NCBI GenBank assembly: GCA_017621475.1
Contig: JAGATA010000002.1
Location: 14,625 to 78,624 of the forward strand
Length of the DNA stretch: 64,000 nt
From: Clostridia bacterium
GTDB lineage: Bacteria > Bacillota > Clostridia > Oscillospirales > CAG-272
Reading direction: 5' to 3'
Part shown: positions 36,632 through 45,813 of the stretch, piece by piece
Numbering within the stretch: position 1 is the first letter of the stretch
Layout: each line of letters opens with the position of its first letter
Made by a program: the position numbers and the translations under genes
Notes under the pieces: model-generated
Seen by the model: the letters and a program-made list of their open reading frames with translations, nothing else
Databases searched by the model: none
Told to the model about the DNA's origin: nothing

Positions 36632-38887
36632 TCAGTTGAAGAGAGCGCACGCATTGTCGTAAGCTGTCTTAACCTGGTTTGCGTTAAGAGCTACGTCGTA
36701 AACCTTCATATCAACTGCCGTGAAGTTAGACATCGGGAAGCGAGCAGCACCGCTGTCGTCACCGAGAGTAAGTGTGTTAGCATAAGGATAATACTTAGCG
36801 TTTTCAACAGGGAGGTAAACCTGACCGTCAAATGTGTTGCTTGCAGCAAGCTCGCCGTTTACGTAGATAGCTGTGTAAAGCTTACCTTCGTAAGTAACTG
36901 CTGTTGCAACAACGTGTGTAAGGTCCGTTGCGGAAGCTGCTGTTGCGGGGTTAGTGTACTTATAGCTCTTTGTGGAAGTTACATAAGTGCAAAGACCGGG
37001 TTTTCCTGCGCCTGTTGTAGCAAGACCAAGACCGCCGTATTCTGTTGCACAGAGGATACCCTGTGTACCTGCCTGAGCTCTGTTTACATAGAATGCTTCG
37101 AAGGAGAAGCCTGTTGCGCTGTTATAGAACTTGCCAATATCTTCGGGAGCATAATCGTTGAATGTTGCCGTAGCAAACTGACCCTTTTCAGCTACGTTGA
37201 ACGCATCGAGTGTAGCTGTCTTGCCCGCGAAAGTAACGGATGTTGCCGCTATGGAAGCGCCGCTGTTGGAAACAGAGAATTTGCCCTTAACGTCTTTAAC
37301 TTCGCCGTTTACGAAATCAAAGTCGCCGTATGCATCGGGAAGAACGGATGTAAGGTCAGCGGAAACTGCAGCTGTTGCTGTAGCGGCTGCGCTCTTAGCG
37401 CCCCAAGAGTCAACTGCAACAACTTCAACCTTATATTCTGCACCTGTGGGAAGAGCGCCGAGAGAGATGGAATATGTCTTGGGCATAGATTCCTTGGGGT
37501 TGGAGTGGAGGTAGAAGTTTGTAAGGTAAGAAATCTGGTTTACAACCGCGCCTGTGGAAGCGTTTGTAACCTTAACTTCATAGTGGTGAACGAAATCATC
37601 GTCTGTACCTGCATCAAATACTACGGCACCAACTGTATTGCCGCCGACAACCGTTGTGGAAATCTTAACGTTGCCGTTCATTTCGGGAGCTTTGTTGGAG
37701 TTTGCACGGTCTTTTGTATATTTTGTAAGGTGAGAACCGTCTGCCTGAGGAGCGGAAATTTCCCAAGCATCCTTGAATGTTGTGCCGTCTGCAAAGTTCA
37801 TTCTTGTGATTCTGATATTGCCATGCTTGTCAACTTCAAGAAGAAGACCTGCGGAGGACTGAGAAGCATCACCGGGAACTGTGCCGCTTACGTTGGAGTA
37901 GCCGTTTTCAATAGCGAGGTATGTTACAGAGCCGCAACCGAGAGATGTGAACTTTGTTTGCATAATAGAGCGTTCATCATTGATCGGGAAATGTGTGTGA
38001 CCGCCGAATGTAACTACCTGAGGATATTTTTCAACGATGGATGTGAGGTCCTTTGTGTACCAACGGTGGTTACCTGTAAGAAGTGTGCTGCCGTACGTTG
38101 TATCATAGAGCATAGGATGTGTGTTGAGGAACACATACTGACCGGGATTTTCTGCTGTGATCTTAGCAAGAGTTGTATCAAGCCAGTTCTTAGCTGCATC
38201 GGAGTAAAGAACGCCGCCTGCATCTGTACCGATATATTCTTTATCGATAGGGTTGATGCAGAGGAAGTGGTAGCCGTTTACGATAGTGTGTGTGCAACCT
38301 ATGGAAAGGTCGCTTGTTGCCTCTTCATATGCACGGTACTTGTCACCGAAGATATTGTAGAAGCTTTCCATTGTGAGCTTTTCATATGTGTAGCCTGCTT
38401 CGCAATCAACATCGTGGTTACCGAGAGAGAAGATAAGTGGAACGGCAGAGGGGTTGATAACGGATTCATAAGTGTTTCTGAATTCTTCAACCTGTGTTGT
38501 CTGTGCGTTCTGAACAAGGTCGCCTACGAAAAGGATCGCGTCAAGACCGTCGGAATTTTCCATAGCGGCAGCATCGAGCTGTGCGAGAGCAGCAGCGAAT
38601 TTAGCAAGAGTATCAATTCCGCTGTACTTATGCTGTGTATCGGAAATAGCCGCGAAAGAAAGCACGATGTTTTCTTCGTCGAAAGGAGTTACTGTGGGTG
38701 TTACAACGCCGCCCGTTGTTGTGTTATCGTCTGTTGTTGTGTTGCCGTCTGTTGTTGTGTTGCCGTCTGTTGTTGCAGTGGGGTCCGTCGTTACGTTACC
38801 GTCGGTAGTGGGTGTCGGATCTTTACCGCAAGCAGCAAAAGCAAACAACATTGCCGCAGCGAGAATGAGTGCGAGAATTTTTTTCAT
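36632..38887 (-). CDS. Large surface lipoprotein: Thr-rich linker, calcineurin-like metallophosphoesterase domain and C-terminal LamG/lectin-like region
   Basis: Lipobox AFAAC|GK. TTDGN-type repeats. Metallophosphoesterase motifs GDLVQN, GNHD, LNTHP, GGHTH. The C-terminal ~300 aa are beta-rich. Confidence 0.75.
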   Translation of the reverse strand: MKKILALILAAAMLFAFAACGKDPTPTTDGNVTTDPTATTDGNTTTDGNTTTDDNTTTGGVVTPTVTPFDEENIVLSFAAISDTQHKYSGIDTLAKFAAALAQLDAAAMENSDGLDAILFVGDLVQNAQTTQVEEFRNTYESVINPSAVPLIFSLGNHDVDCEAGYTYEKLTMESFYNIFGDKYRAYEEATSDLSIGCTHTIVNGYHFLCINPIDKEYIGTDAGGVLYSDAAKNWLDTTLAKITAENPGQYVFLNTHPMLYDTTYGSTLLTGNHRWYTKDLTSIVEKYPQVVTFGGHTHFPINDERSIMQTKFTSLGCGSVTYLAIENGYSNVSGTVPGDASQSSAGLLLEVDKHGNIRITRMNFADGTTFKDAWEISAPQADGSHLTKYTKDRANSNKAPEMNGNVKISTTVVGGNTVGAVVFDAGTDDDFVHHYEVKVTNASTGAVVNQISYLTNFYLHSNPKESMPKTYSISLGALPTGAEYKVEVVAVDSWGAKSAAATATAAVSADLTSVLPDAYGDFDFVNGEVKDVKGKFSVSNSGASIAATSVTFAGKTATLDAFNVAEKGQFATATFNDYAPEDIGKFYNSATGFSFEAFYVNRAQAGTQGILCATEYGGLGLATTGAGKPGLCTYVTSTKSYKYTNPATAASATDLTHVVATAVTYEGKLYTAIYVNGELAASNTFDGQVYLPVENAKYYPYANTLTLGDDSGAARFPMSNFTAVDMKVYDVALNANQVKTAYDNACALFN
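38715..38786. repeat. 18-bp tandem repeat (about 4 units) encoding the TTDGN linker
   Basis: GTTGTTGTGTT(A/G)(T/C)CGTCT occurs three times, followed by a degenerate fourth unit. Confidence 0.8.
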
Positions 38888-39016
38888 ATAAAAATCTCCT
38901 TACTAAAAATTTAACCGTAAAGTTATGCTTATAATATATCACAAACTTTCAAAACTGTCAACATTGACTTAATTCTATTTGTGGAAAATAAATATTTTTA
39001 TGCAATAATTATATAT

Positions 39017-40177
39017 TTAAGCTACAATTATATTGAAAATACTTTGCAGGAAAAGCAAGCCGAAAAGGAAGATAAAGTTAAACACGGAGAACTTGATGAG
39101 ATAGCGAAGCGTATTTCCGGGATAAAGCGTAGTATATTCACGGAAAGTAATGAGAGAAGCCAAGGAAGATATGAGCGTACCAACGCCGCCGATGTTTACA
39201 CCGAGCAGAAGATGGGCATAATTTTCCGTAAAGTTTGAAAGAAGTATTGCAGAGGGAACGTTGCTTATAAACTGGCAGGAAAGCGCGGAAACAATAAGCG
39301 TATTTTTTGAAAGCAGGAAAGAAAGTGCATCGTTAATAAGAGATATGCGCGACATATTTCCCGCAAAAACGAAGAAAGCACAGAACGTGAGAAGCAAGCC
39401 GTAATCTACCTTTGCAAGAGCCTTGTGGTCAACGATTATAAGCGAAACAATTATGACCCACATTGCAATAAGATAATGCACTATCTTAAATACGGCAAGT
39501 ATGGAAAGCACGAAAAGAAAAGCATAAAACACCGCTTTTTTCACATTCAGCTTTTCTACCTTAGGAATGATGATAAGCGGCTCTTTTTTTACAAAAGCTA
39601 TGCAGAAAACCGTTATCATCGTTACAGAAATGATGAAAGGGAAAAGCATAATAAGCGTAAATTCCCCGGTAGGTATGCCGAACTTGTTGTAAATATAGAG
39701 GTTCTGGGGGTTGCCGAATGGTGTTATCATTCCACCCAGGTTTGCGGCAATATTCTGCATTATAAAAGTAAAAGGAAGATATTTCTGCTTGCCCGTGCTG
39801 TCAAGTGCAAAAAATCCCAGCGGCAAAAACGTGATGAGTGCCATATCGTTCGCAATAAGCATGGAGCCAAGAAAAGTTATGTATATAAGCGTAAGCACGC
39901 AAAGACGCGCGTTTTTGCAAAGGCGAACGATTTTTCTGGCAAGTATCGTGAAAAATCTTATGTTTCTCAGCGCGCATACAACGGCAAGCACGGAGAAAAG
40001 GCAGGCAAGCGTTTTAAAATCGAAATAGCCGAGATATTCTTTATCGGGCGGCACGATAAACGATGTTATAACAGCCGCGCATATTGCTATAAGAAGCACC
40101 GCGTTCTTTTTTGCAAAAGAGATAAGCTCCTTTTTTATATTATGATGTTTGTGTTCCAAATGCTGTGAATTTTCCAT
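39017..40177 (-). CDS. ArsB/NhaD-superfamily (CitMHS-like) anion permease
   Basis: 386 aa with about 10-11 TM spans. Sequence pattern (MITPFGNPQNLYIY, GVNIGGVGTLISSLASL) resembles the citrate-transporter-like/ArsB permease fold. Substrate unknown. Confidence 0.55.
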   Translation of the reverse strand: MENSQHLEHKHHNIKKELISFAKKNAVLLIAICAAVITSFIVPPDKEYLGYFDFKTLACLFSVLAVVCALRNIRFFTILARKIVRLCKNARLCVLTLIYITFLGSMLIANDMALITFLPLGFFALDSTGKQKYLPFTFIMQNIAANLGGMITPFGNPQNLYIYNKFGIPTGEFTLIMLFPFIISVTMITVFCIAFVKKEPLIIIPKVEKLNVKKAVFYAFLFVLSILAVFKIVHYLIAMWVIIVSLIIVDHKALAKVDYGLLLTFCAFFVFAGNMSRISLINDALSFLLSKNTLIVSALSCQFISNVPSAILLSNFTENYAHLLLGVNIGGVGTLISSLASLITFREYTTLYPGNTLRYLIKFSVFNFIFLFGLLFLQSIFNIIVA

Positions 40178-40339
40178 AATAATGCTCTCTTATTTAGTTT
40201 AAATTTGCCGCTTTTTACCGCGGTATTATTTTATTATACTACATATAAAAACAAATGTCATCAAATAGCGCAAAAATATTTTTAAATGTAATAAAAGTTC
40301 TCCCGAGAGGAAGAATAAAGAGGCATGGATTTTTATTTA

Positions 40340-40368
40340 TTGACATATTTGTTCAAATAATATATTAT
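40340..40368 (+). promoter_or_regulatory. Candidate sigma-A promoter for the lipoprotein/apbE pair
   Basis: TTGACA-17 nt-TATTAT, 15 nt upstream of AAGGAG and the ATG. Confidence 0.45.
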
Positions 40369-40382
40369 TTAAGGAGAAGGTT

Positions 40383-41399
40383 ATGAAAAAAATAACATCA
40401 GCGCTTCTTTGCATTGCACTTCTTCCCTGCACTTTGCTTGCCTCTTGCGGCAAACAAAGCGAAGAAGCAAGGTTCGGGATGGGAGTTTACTCTTACTATT
40501 CCTCCGCGGATGATGCAACCGAAGAAAAGGACGGCAGCGCCGCAGTGCTTCACACGGTCGCCGCGGTATTTACGGATAAAAACGGCAGAATAATCGATAT
40601 CGACCTTGATGCCGCAGAATGTATCGGAGAATACAACGTACACGGAAGCTTTACGGAAAAAGATAAATTTGCTACAAAGAAAGAACTTGGCGACTCCTAC
40701 GGTATGGCAAAATACGGCACGGACAGAGATGACAACGGCAAAGTCCTTGAATGGGACGAGCAAGCGGAAGCTTTCGAAAATATCGCCAAGGGAAAAACGC
40801 TTGACGAAATAAAAGCGCTTGTTTCCGGCTCTTACGGCACGGAAGAGGTAATCAAAGCGGGCTGCACCATCGCCGTTTCGGATTTTGTGAAAGCCATAGA
40901 AAAAGCATTCGCAAACGCGCAAGTTTATACAGAGCACGCAGACGAGGTTGAACTTGGTATAGTTTCCGTGCAAAGTGACTGCAAAAACGCAAGCGAAGAA
41001 GCAGACGGCGTGAACAACATCGAAACGTATTTCGCCGCCGCGCTCAAGGATCACGATGATAAAGTCGTTGCTATGGAGCTTGACAGTGCAGAGGCTCAAA
41101 TCAAATTCGATATGCACGGCAAAGCGCTTACGGACACCTCCGCCGCAATTACCACAAAGAACGAGCTCGGCGCGGATTACGGTATGGCAAAATACGGCAC
41201 GGACACAAACGGCGACGGCAAAATTCTTGAATGGTTCGAGCAAGCGGACGTTTTCAAAAGCTACTGCAAAGGCAAAACGGCAGAGCAGATAGCGGGGCTT
41301 ATTTACAAGGACGGGTATGCTCTTCCCGATATACAGGCGGCGGGCTGCACGATCTATATTTCCGATATGGCAAAAGCCGCAGTAAAAGCCGCGGAGTAA
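40383..41399 (+). CDS. Lipoprotein with two tandem FMN_bind-like domains (PplA-like), non-canonical GCT motif
   Basis: Lipobox LLASC|GK. Internal duplication: ELGDSYGMAKYGTDRDDNGKVLEWDEQAEAF...KAGCTIAVSDFVKAIEKA aligns with ELGADYGMAKYGTDTNGDGKILEWFEQADVF...AAGCTIYISDMAKAAVKA. The fold assignment is by motif layout only. Confidence 0.55.
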   Translation: MKKITSALLCIALLPCTLLASCGKQSEEARFGMGVYSYYSSADDATEEKDGSAAVLHTVAAVFTDKNGRIIDIDLDAAECIGEYNVHGSFTEKDKFATKKELGDSYGMAKYGTDRDDNGKVLEWDEQAEAFENIAKGKTLDEIKALVSGSYGTEEVIKAGCTIAVSDFVKAIEKAFANAQVYTEHADEVELGIVSVQSDCKNASEEADGVNNIETYFAAALKDHDDKVVAMELDSAEAQIKFDMHGKALTDTSAAITTKNELGADYGMAKYGTDTNGDGKILEWFEQADVFKSYCKGKTAEQIAGLIYKDGYALPDIQAAGCTIYISDMAKAAVKAAE

Positions 41400-41426
41400 T
41401 TTCAGCAAAACAACAAAGGTGACAAA

Positions 41427-42455
41427 ATGAGTATTTCAAAAAGAATAATATCCATATTTCTTCTTGCGTTTTTTGCGCTTTCACTCTGCTCCTGCGACGG
41501 AAGAAGAAAATACACTTCAAACAGTTTTGAATATTTTGATACCGTAACAACGGTTACGGGCTACGCCGAAACGCAAGCCGAGTTTAACTCGGTTTGCGAA
41601 AAGGTATATTCCCTACTCGAAGAATACCATAAGCTCTACAATATATATTATACTTACGAGGGACTTAACAACCTCAAAACCGTAAACCAAACGCAAGGGC
41701 CCGTAAAGGTAGACGAAAAAATACTCGCTCTTATGGAATTCTGCAAAGAAACGCACACGCTCACGGGCGGTTATATAAACGTGGCTATGGGAAGCGTGCT
41801 TTCCATTTGGCACGAATATCGTGAAGAAGGCTCACTTCACCCCGAAAAAGCATCACTTCCCTCTATGGTGGAGCTTGAAAACGCCGCAAAACATATGAAT
41901 ATTGAAAATATCGCGATAGACCGCGAAAACGGAACGATAGAGCGTCTTGACCCCGAAATGCTCATTGATGTGGGTGCGATTGCAAAAGGGTATGCCGCCC
42001 AAAAAGCGGCAGAGTATCTGCGCGAAAGCGGAATTATGGGATATATACTCAACGTGGGCGGCAACGTCTGCGTTATAGGCGCAAAAGCGGACGGCTCGCC
42101 CTGGAAGGTCGGCATAGAAAACCCCACGGGGGACGAAAACGAACCGTACATCGAATATCTCTACCTTACGGATGGCGCACTTGTAACAAGCGGCTCTTAC
42201 CAGCGTTTTTATTATGTGGACGGCGTACGATACCATCACATAATAGACAAGGACACGCTTATGCCCGAAAATGAATTTTTAAGCGTTTCCGTGCGCTGCC
42301 CCTCCTCTGCTCTCGGTGATGCCCTATCTACGGCGCTTTTCTGCATGAGCCTTGAAGAAGGAAAAGCCCTTGTAAGCACTCTCGAAAATGTGAGCGTTAT
42401 GTGGGTAAAGCAAAACGGAGAGAAGATATATTCGGACGGATGGAAAAGCGAATAA
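41427..42455 (+). CDS. apbE: FAD:protein FMN transferase (ApbE), lipoprotein
   Basis: Signal/lipobox LSLCSC. Has VGAIAKGYAA, TSGSYQRF, YHHIIDKDT and GDALSTALF motifs. Confidence 0.9.
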   Translation: MSISKRIISIFLLAFFALSLCSCDGRRKYTSNSFEYFDTVTTVTGYAETQAEFNSVCEKVYSLLEEYHKLYNIYYTYEGLNNLKTVNQTQGPVKVDEKILALMEFCKETHTLTGGYINVAMGSVLSIWHEYREEGSLHPEKASLPSMVELENAAKHMNIENIAIDRENGTIERLDPEMLIDVGAIAKGYAAQKAAEYLRESGIMGYILNVGGNVCVIGAKADGSPWKVGIENPTGDENEPYIEYLYLTDGALVTSGSYQRFYYVDGVRYHHIIDKDTLMPENEFLSVSVRCPSSALGDALSTALFCMSLEEGKALVSTLENVSVMWVKQNGEKIYSDGWKSE

Positions 42456-42495
42456 AAAATCCATAACGATCATAAGATCGTTATGGATTTTTTTG
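42454..42495. terminator. Bidirectional intrinsic terminator
   Basis: AAAAAATCCATAACGATC-ATAA-GATCGTTATGGATTTTTTT. Confidence 0.85.
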
Positions 42496-42506
42496 CAAGC
42501 TTTAAA

Positions 42507-44024
42507 TTAAGTATTGCCGTTTTTTACCGAAGCGAAGGTCACGGCTATCTCGCCTTTTTCGCTGAATATGCCCAAGTACGTTCCCGTAAAAGTCATAGTG
42601 TGCGTCACCTCCGTGCAAAGCAGCGAAGTACGTCCGCGCCCAAGCTCCGTGAAAATTCCGTCGGATTCATAATAGAACGAATACCATTCCTCATCGCTCA
42701 TAAGCTTAAAGCGAATCGAGCCTTGGTAATCTACAGGTTGCCGCGCAACGATCACATCAATATCCGCAACTTGTTTGCGAAGAACGACATAATGGCACCC
42801 ATCCGTTTCTTTTGTTATAAAAATATCGTAATGATAATCGCTGTTGTAAAACGCAGTCAAACCCGCACGGCTTCCAACCTGTATTTCTCCCTCAAGACGC
42901 ACCAACGCCTCCGTACAAAACGCCTGTTGACGCACGGCGATCATAGTGGGAGCACCGCGCGGTGTGGAAAGATCATCTTCTCCGCCCGTAAGAACGGTCC
43001 GCCCTTTTTCGGCGCGGTAACATTCGGGATGCGGGTTACGTACAAAATTCCAACGCGGGTCAAGCTTGCCGCTTTCAAAATCATCCTCAAAATCAAAGCT
43101 TACCCGTTGTATAACGGGTCCGGGAAGCTCCGCCTCCATTTCAAGGGCTATAGCTCCGCCGTTTCCGACCGTCGGCCAGCCGTCCTCATTCCATTTTAAA
43201 GGGGAAAGGAAGGTTTCGCGCCCTAAATTATGCAACATAACTTTCGGCAGAGGACGTATGCCCAGGCATAGCATCCACCAATTTCCGTTCTCATCATCCA
43301 CGATATCCGCGTGTCCGGTTGCCTGAATGGGACTGTCCGGCAGATCGCGATGGGTAAGTATCGGGTTATGAGGGCATTGTTCATACGGGCCGTAGATACC
43401 GTGTGAGCGTTGGATCGTAACCATATGACCGTATTCCGTTCCGCCCTCTGCAAGCATCAGGTAATACCATCCATCCTTTTTATAAATATGCGGTGCTTCC
43501 GCGCATCTTCCTCCGCAGCCGTTCGTAAGCTTTTGCGGGCTTGTAAGCATCTCTCCCGTAAATGGGTCTATCTCGCACAGGAAAATACCGCGCCCGTCTT
43601 CAAGGTTTGCCGAGCCATTGGAAACGAAATAACATTTTCCTTCATCATCCCAAAAAAGAGAGGGGTCTATACCGCTTTGCTTTACCCAAGCGGGCTCGCT
43701 CCACTTACCGCGTATATCATTAGTATGAACGATAAAATTTCCGCCGCGGGTCACGTTCGTGGCAGTCATAAAAAACGTACCGTCGTGAAAGCGAAGCGTG
43801 GGGGCATAGATACCGCTGGAGGGTTTTCCTTTGTGAAGAGAAAGCTGTGACTCCTCTGTAAGACAATGACCGATCAATTCCCAATTTATCAGGTTCTTAC
43901 TGTGATATATCGGGACACCCGGAAAAAACTCAAACGTGGAAGTTATAAGATAAAAATCATCACCTACACGGCATATACTTGGATCGGGATGAAATCCCGG
44001 AAGGATTGGGTTTTTGTATTTCAT
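42507..44024 (-). CDS. GH43 beta-xylosidase/alpha-L-arabinofuranosidase
   Basis: MKYKNPILPGFHPDPSICRVGDDFYLITSTFEFFPGVPIYHSKNLINWE N-terminus plus a C-terminal beta-sandwich domain. Start trimmed to 44024. Confidence 0.9.
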   Translation of the reverse strand: MKYKNPILPGFHPDPSICRVGDDFYLITSTFEFFPGVPIYHSKNLINWELIGHCLTEESQLSLHKGKPSSGIYAPTLRFHDGTFFMTATNVTRGGNFIVHTNDIRGKWSEPAWVKQSGIDPSLFWDDEGKCYFVSNGSANLEDGRGIFLCEIDPFTGEMLTSPQKLTNGCGGRCAEAPHIYKKDGWYYLMLAEGGTEYGHMVTIQRSHGIYGPYEQCPHNPILTHRDLPDSPIQATGHADIVDDENGNWWMLCLGIRPLPKVMLHNLGRETFLSPLKWNEDGWPTVGNGGAIALEMEAELPGPVIQRVSFDFEDDFESGKLDPRWNFVRNPHPECYRAEKGRTVLTGGEDDLSTPRGAPTMIAVRQQAFCTEALVRLEGEIQVGSRAGLTAFYNSDYHYDIFITKETDGCHYVVLRKQVADIDVIVARQPVDYQGSIRFKLMSDEEWYSFYYESDGIFTELGRGRTSLLCTEVTHTMTFTGTYLGIFSEKGEIAVTFASVKNGNT

Positions 44025-44125
44025 AAGCAAGCATCCTCTATAAAATTCATTTTTATGTATATATTTTATCATAGATATGGTTGTCAGTCAATATAAGGTA
44101 TGCCGCGAAAATCGCAAAATACCTA

Positions 44126-44154
44126 TTGACAAAATATTCCCATTATGTTATAAT
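44126..44154 (+). promoter_or_regulatory. Consensus sigma-A promoter (extended -10)
   Basis: TTGACA-17 nt-TATAAT preceded by TGT (TGn). It lies about 200 nt upstream of the flotillin ATG. Confidence 0.7.
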
Positions 44155-44260
44155 ATATACGTCAAAAGGGAGTAGTACATTGCTCACACCAATGTGTATG
44201 CATCGTCATGACAGCAGCTGCAGATGCTCGGCGCATACAGATCTTAAAACGATTTTACAA

Positions 44261-44299
44261 GACTTTTACTGTCAAAGCGGTAAAAGTCTTTTTGCTTTT
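44261..44299 (+). terminator. Intrinsic terminator inside the flotillin 5-prime leader
   Basis: GACTTTTAC-TGTCAAAGCG-GTAAAAGTC-TTTTTGCTTTT, 58 nt upstream of the ATG at 44357. Confidence 0.65.
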
Positions 44300-44356
44300 A
44301 AGGCTTCCGTAAGACACATTAACTTAAAAAATTTTTAAATTTCAGGAGGAATCATT

Positions 44357-45763
44357 ATGGAATTTATCATCATTGGCGCGGTTTTGCTTGTGCTTATCCT
44401 CTTCTTTGCAAGCGGTTACCTCAAAGCACCGCCCGACACAGCGTACATCATCTCCGGTCTTGGCAAAAAACGCCGCATACTTATCGGTAAAGCGGGCTTC
44501 CGCGTTCCCTTCTTTGAACGTGTTGACCGTCTTTCCCTTCGCGTAATGCAGGTTGACGTTAAAACGAGCGAAGCCGTTCCCACGAACGAATTCATCAACG
44601 TAAGCGTTGACGGTGTTGCCAACATCAAGATTTCTTCCGACCCCGAAGCGCTCAAGCTCGCTTCCGAATCCCTTCTCGGTATGCGCCAGCAGGAGCTTAT
44701 CAGCCTTGTAACACAGGTTCTTGAAGGCAACATGCGTGAGATCGTAGGTTCTGTTGGTCTTAAAGAGATGGTTCAGGACCGCCAGGGCGTTGCAAAGAAG
44801 ATCACAGAAAACGTCGTTCCCGATATGAAAAAGCTCGGTATCGAGGTTGTAAACTTCAATATCCAGAACTTCAAGGATGCCGCAGGCACGATTGAAAACA
44901 TGGGTATCGACAACGTAGAGCAGATCCGCAAAAATGCTCAGATCGCAAAAGCAAACGCTCAGCGTGACATCGCTATCGCGACAGCAAAAGCACAGGAAGA
45001 AGCAAACGCCGTTAAGGTTGAATCCGAAAAGAAGATTGCAGAACAGGATGCTGCTCTCGCAGTTCAGCAGGCCGATATGAAAGTAAAAGCCGACACAAAG
45101 AAAGCGGAGGCAGACGCGGCTTACTCCATCCAGCAGGAAGCACAGCGTAAGGTTATCGAAATAGCAAAAACAAATGCCGATATCGCACGCCGTGAAAAAG
45201 AAGCAGAACTTGCTGAAAAAGATATCGCTATCAAGGAACGCGAACTTGAAGCAAACATCAAGAAGCAGGCAGATGCTATGAAGTATCAGTCCGAAAAACA
45301 GGCTGAAGCAGACCTCATCAAACGTCAGCGTGAAGCAGACGCGAAGAAATACGAAGCTCTCCAGGCAGCAGAAGCAAAAAAAGCAGAAGCAGAAGCTCTC
45401 CGTTATGCGATGGAACAGGAAGCGGAAGGTATTCGTGCAAAAGGTCTTGCAGAAGCAGAAGCTATCGAAAAGAAAGCCGAAGCTCAGAAGAAGATGGGCG
45501 AAGCGTCCGTCCTCGAAATGTACCTCACAGCTCTTCCCGAGGTTGTCAAGAACGCCGCCGAACCTCTTTCTCGCACGGACAAGATCGTTATGTACGGCGA
45601 TGGCAACTCCACAAAAGTTGTGCGTGACGTTATGAGCAGCGCAAACCAGATCATGGAGGGTATGAAGGAATCCACAGGCATCGACCTCTCCTCCCTTATC
45701 GCAGGCTTTGCAGGAGGCAGAGCAGCCCTCGGCACACAGCCTGAAGCCCCCACAGAAGAATAA
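44357..45763 (+). CDS. floT: Flotillin-like SPFH/band-7 protein (FloT/YuaG type)
   Basis: N-terminal TM span, an SPFH domain (YIISGLGKKRRILIGKAGFRVPFFERV), and a long Ala/Glu/Lys-rich coiled coil. Confidence 0.85.
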   Translation: MEFIIIGAVLLVLILFFASGYLKAPPDTAYIISGLGKKRRILIGKAGFRVPFFERVDRLSLRVMQVDVKTSEAVPTNEFINVSVDGVANIKISSDPEALKLASESLLGMRQQELISLVTQVLEGNMREIVGSVGLKEMVQDRQGVAKKITENVVPDMKKLGIEVVNFNIQNFKDAAGTIENMGIDNVEQIRKNAQIAKANAQRDIAIATAKAQEEANAVKVESEKKIAEQDAALAVQQADMKVKADTKKAEADAAYSIQQEAQRKVIEIAKTNADIARREKEAELAEKDIAIKERELEANIKKQADAMKYQSEKQAEADLIKRQREADAKKYEALQAAEAKKAEAEALRYAMEQEAEGIRAKGLAEAEAIEKKAEAQKKMGEASVLEMYLTALPEVVKNAAEPLSRTDKIVMYGDGNSTKVVRDVMSSANQIMEGMKESTGIDLSSLIAGFAGGRAALGTQPEAPTEE

Positions 45764-45772
45764 TCAACCAAC

Positions 45773-45803
45773 AAAAAATCTCGCCGAAATGGCGAGATTT
45801 TTT
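45773..45803. terminator. Bidirectional intrinsic terminator (twin of 46880-46911)
   Basis: AAAAAATCTCGCC-GAAAT-GGCGAGATTTTTT. Confidence 0.85.
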
Positions 45804-45813
45804 GCGTTTATTT

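Noticed and set aside
44081-44338. An 85-aa ORF lies upstream of the flotillin gene.
   Set aside because: It begins upstream of the consensus promoter and runs through it and through an intrinsic terminator. Only a much shorter TTG-started micro-ORF is conceivable, and that is reported as a hypothesis in the leader finding.
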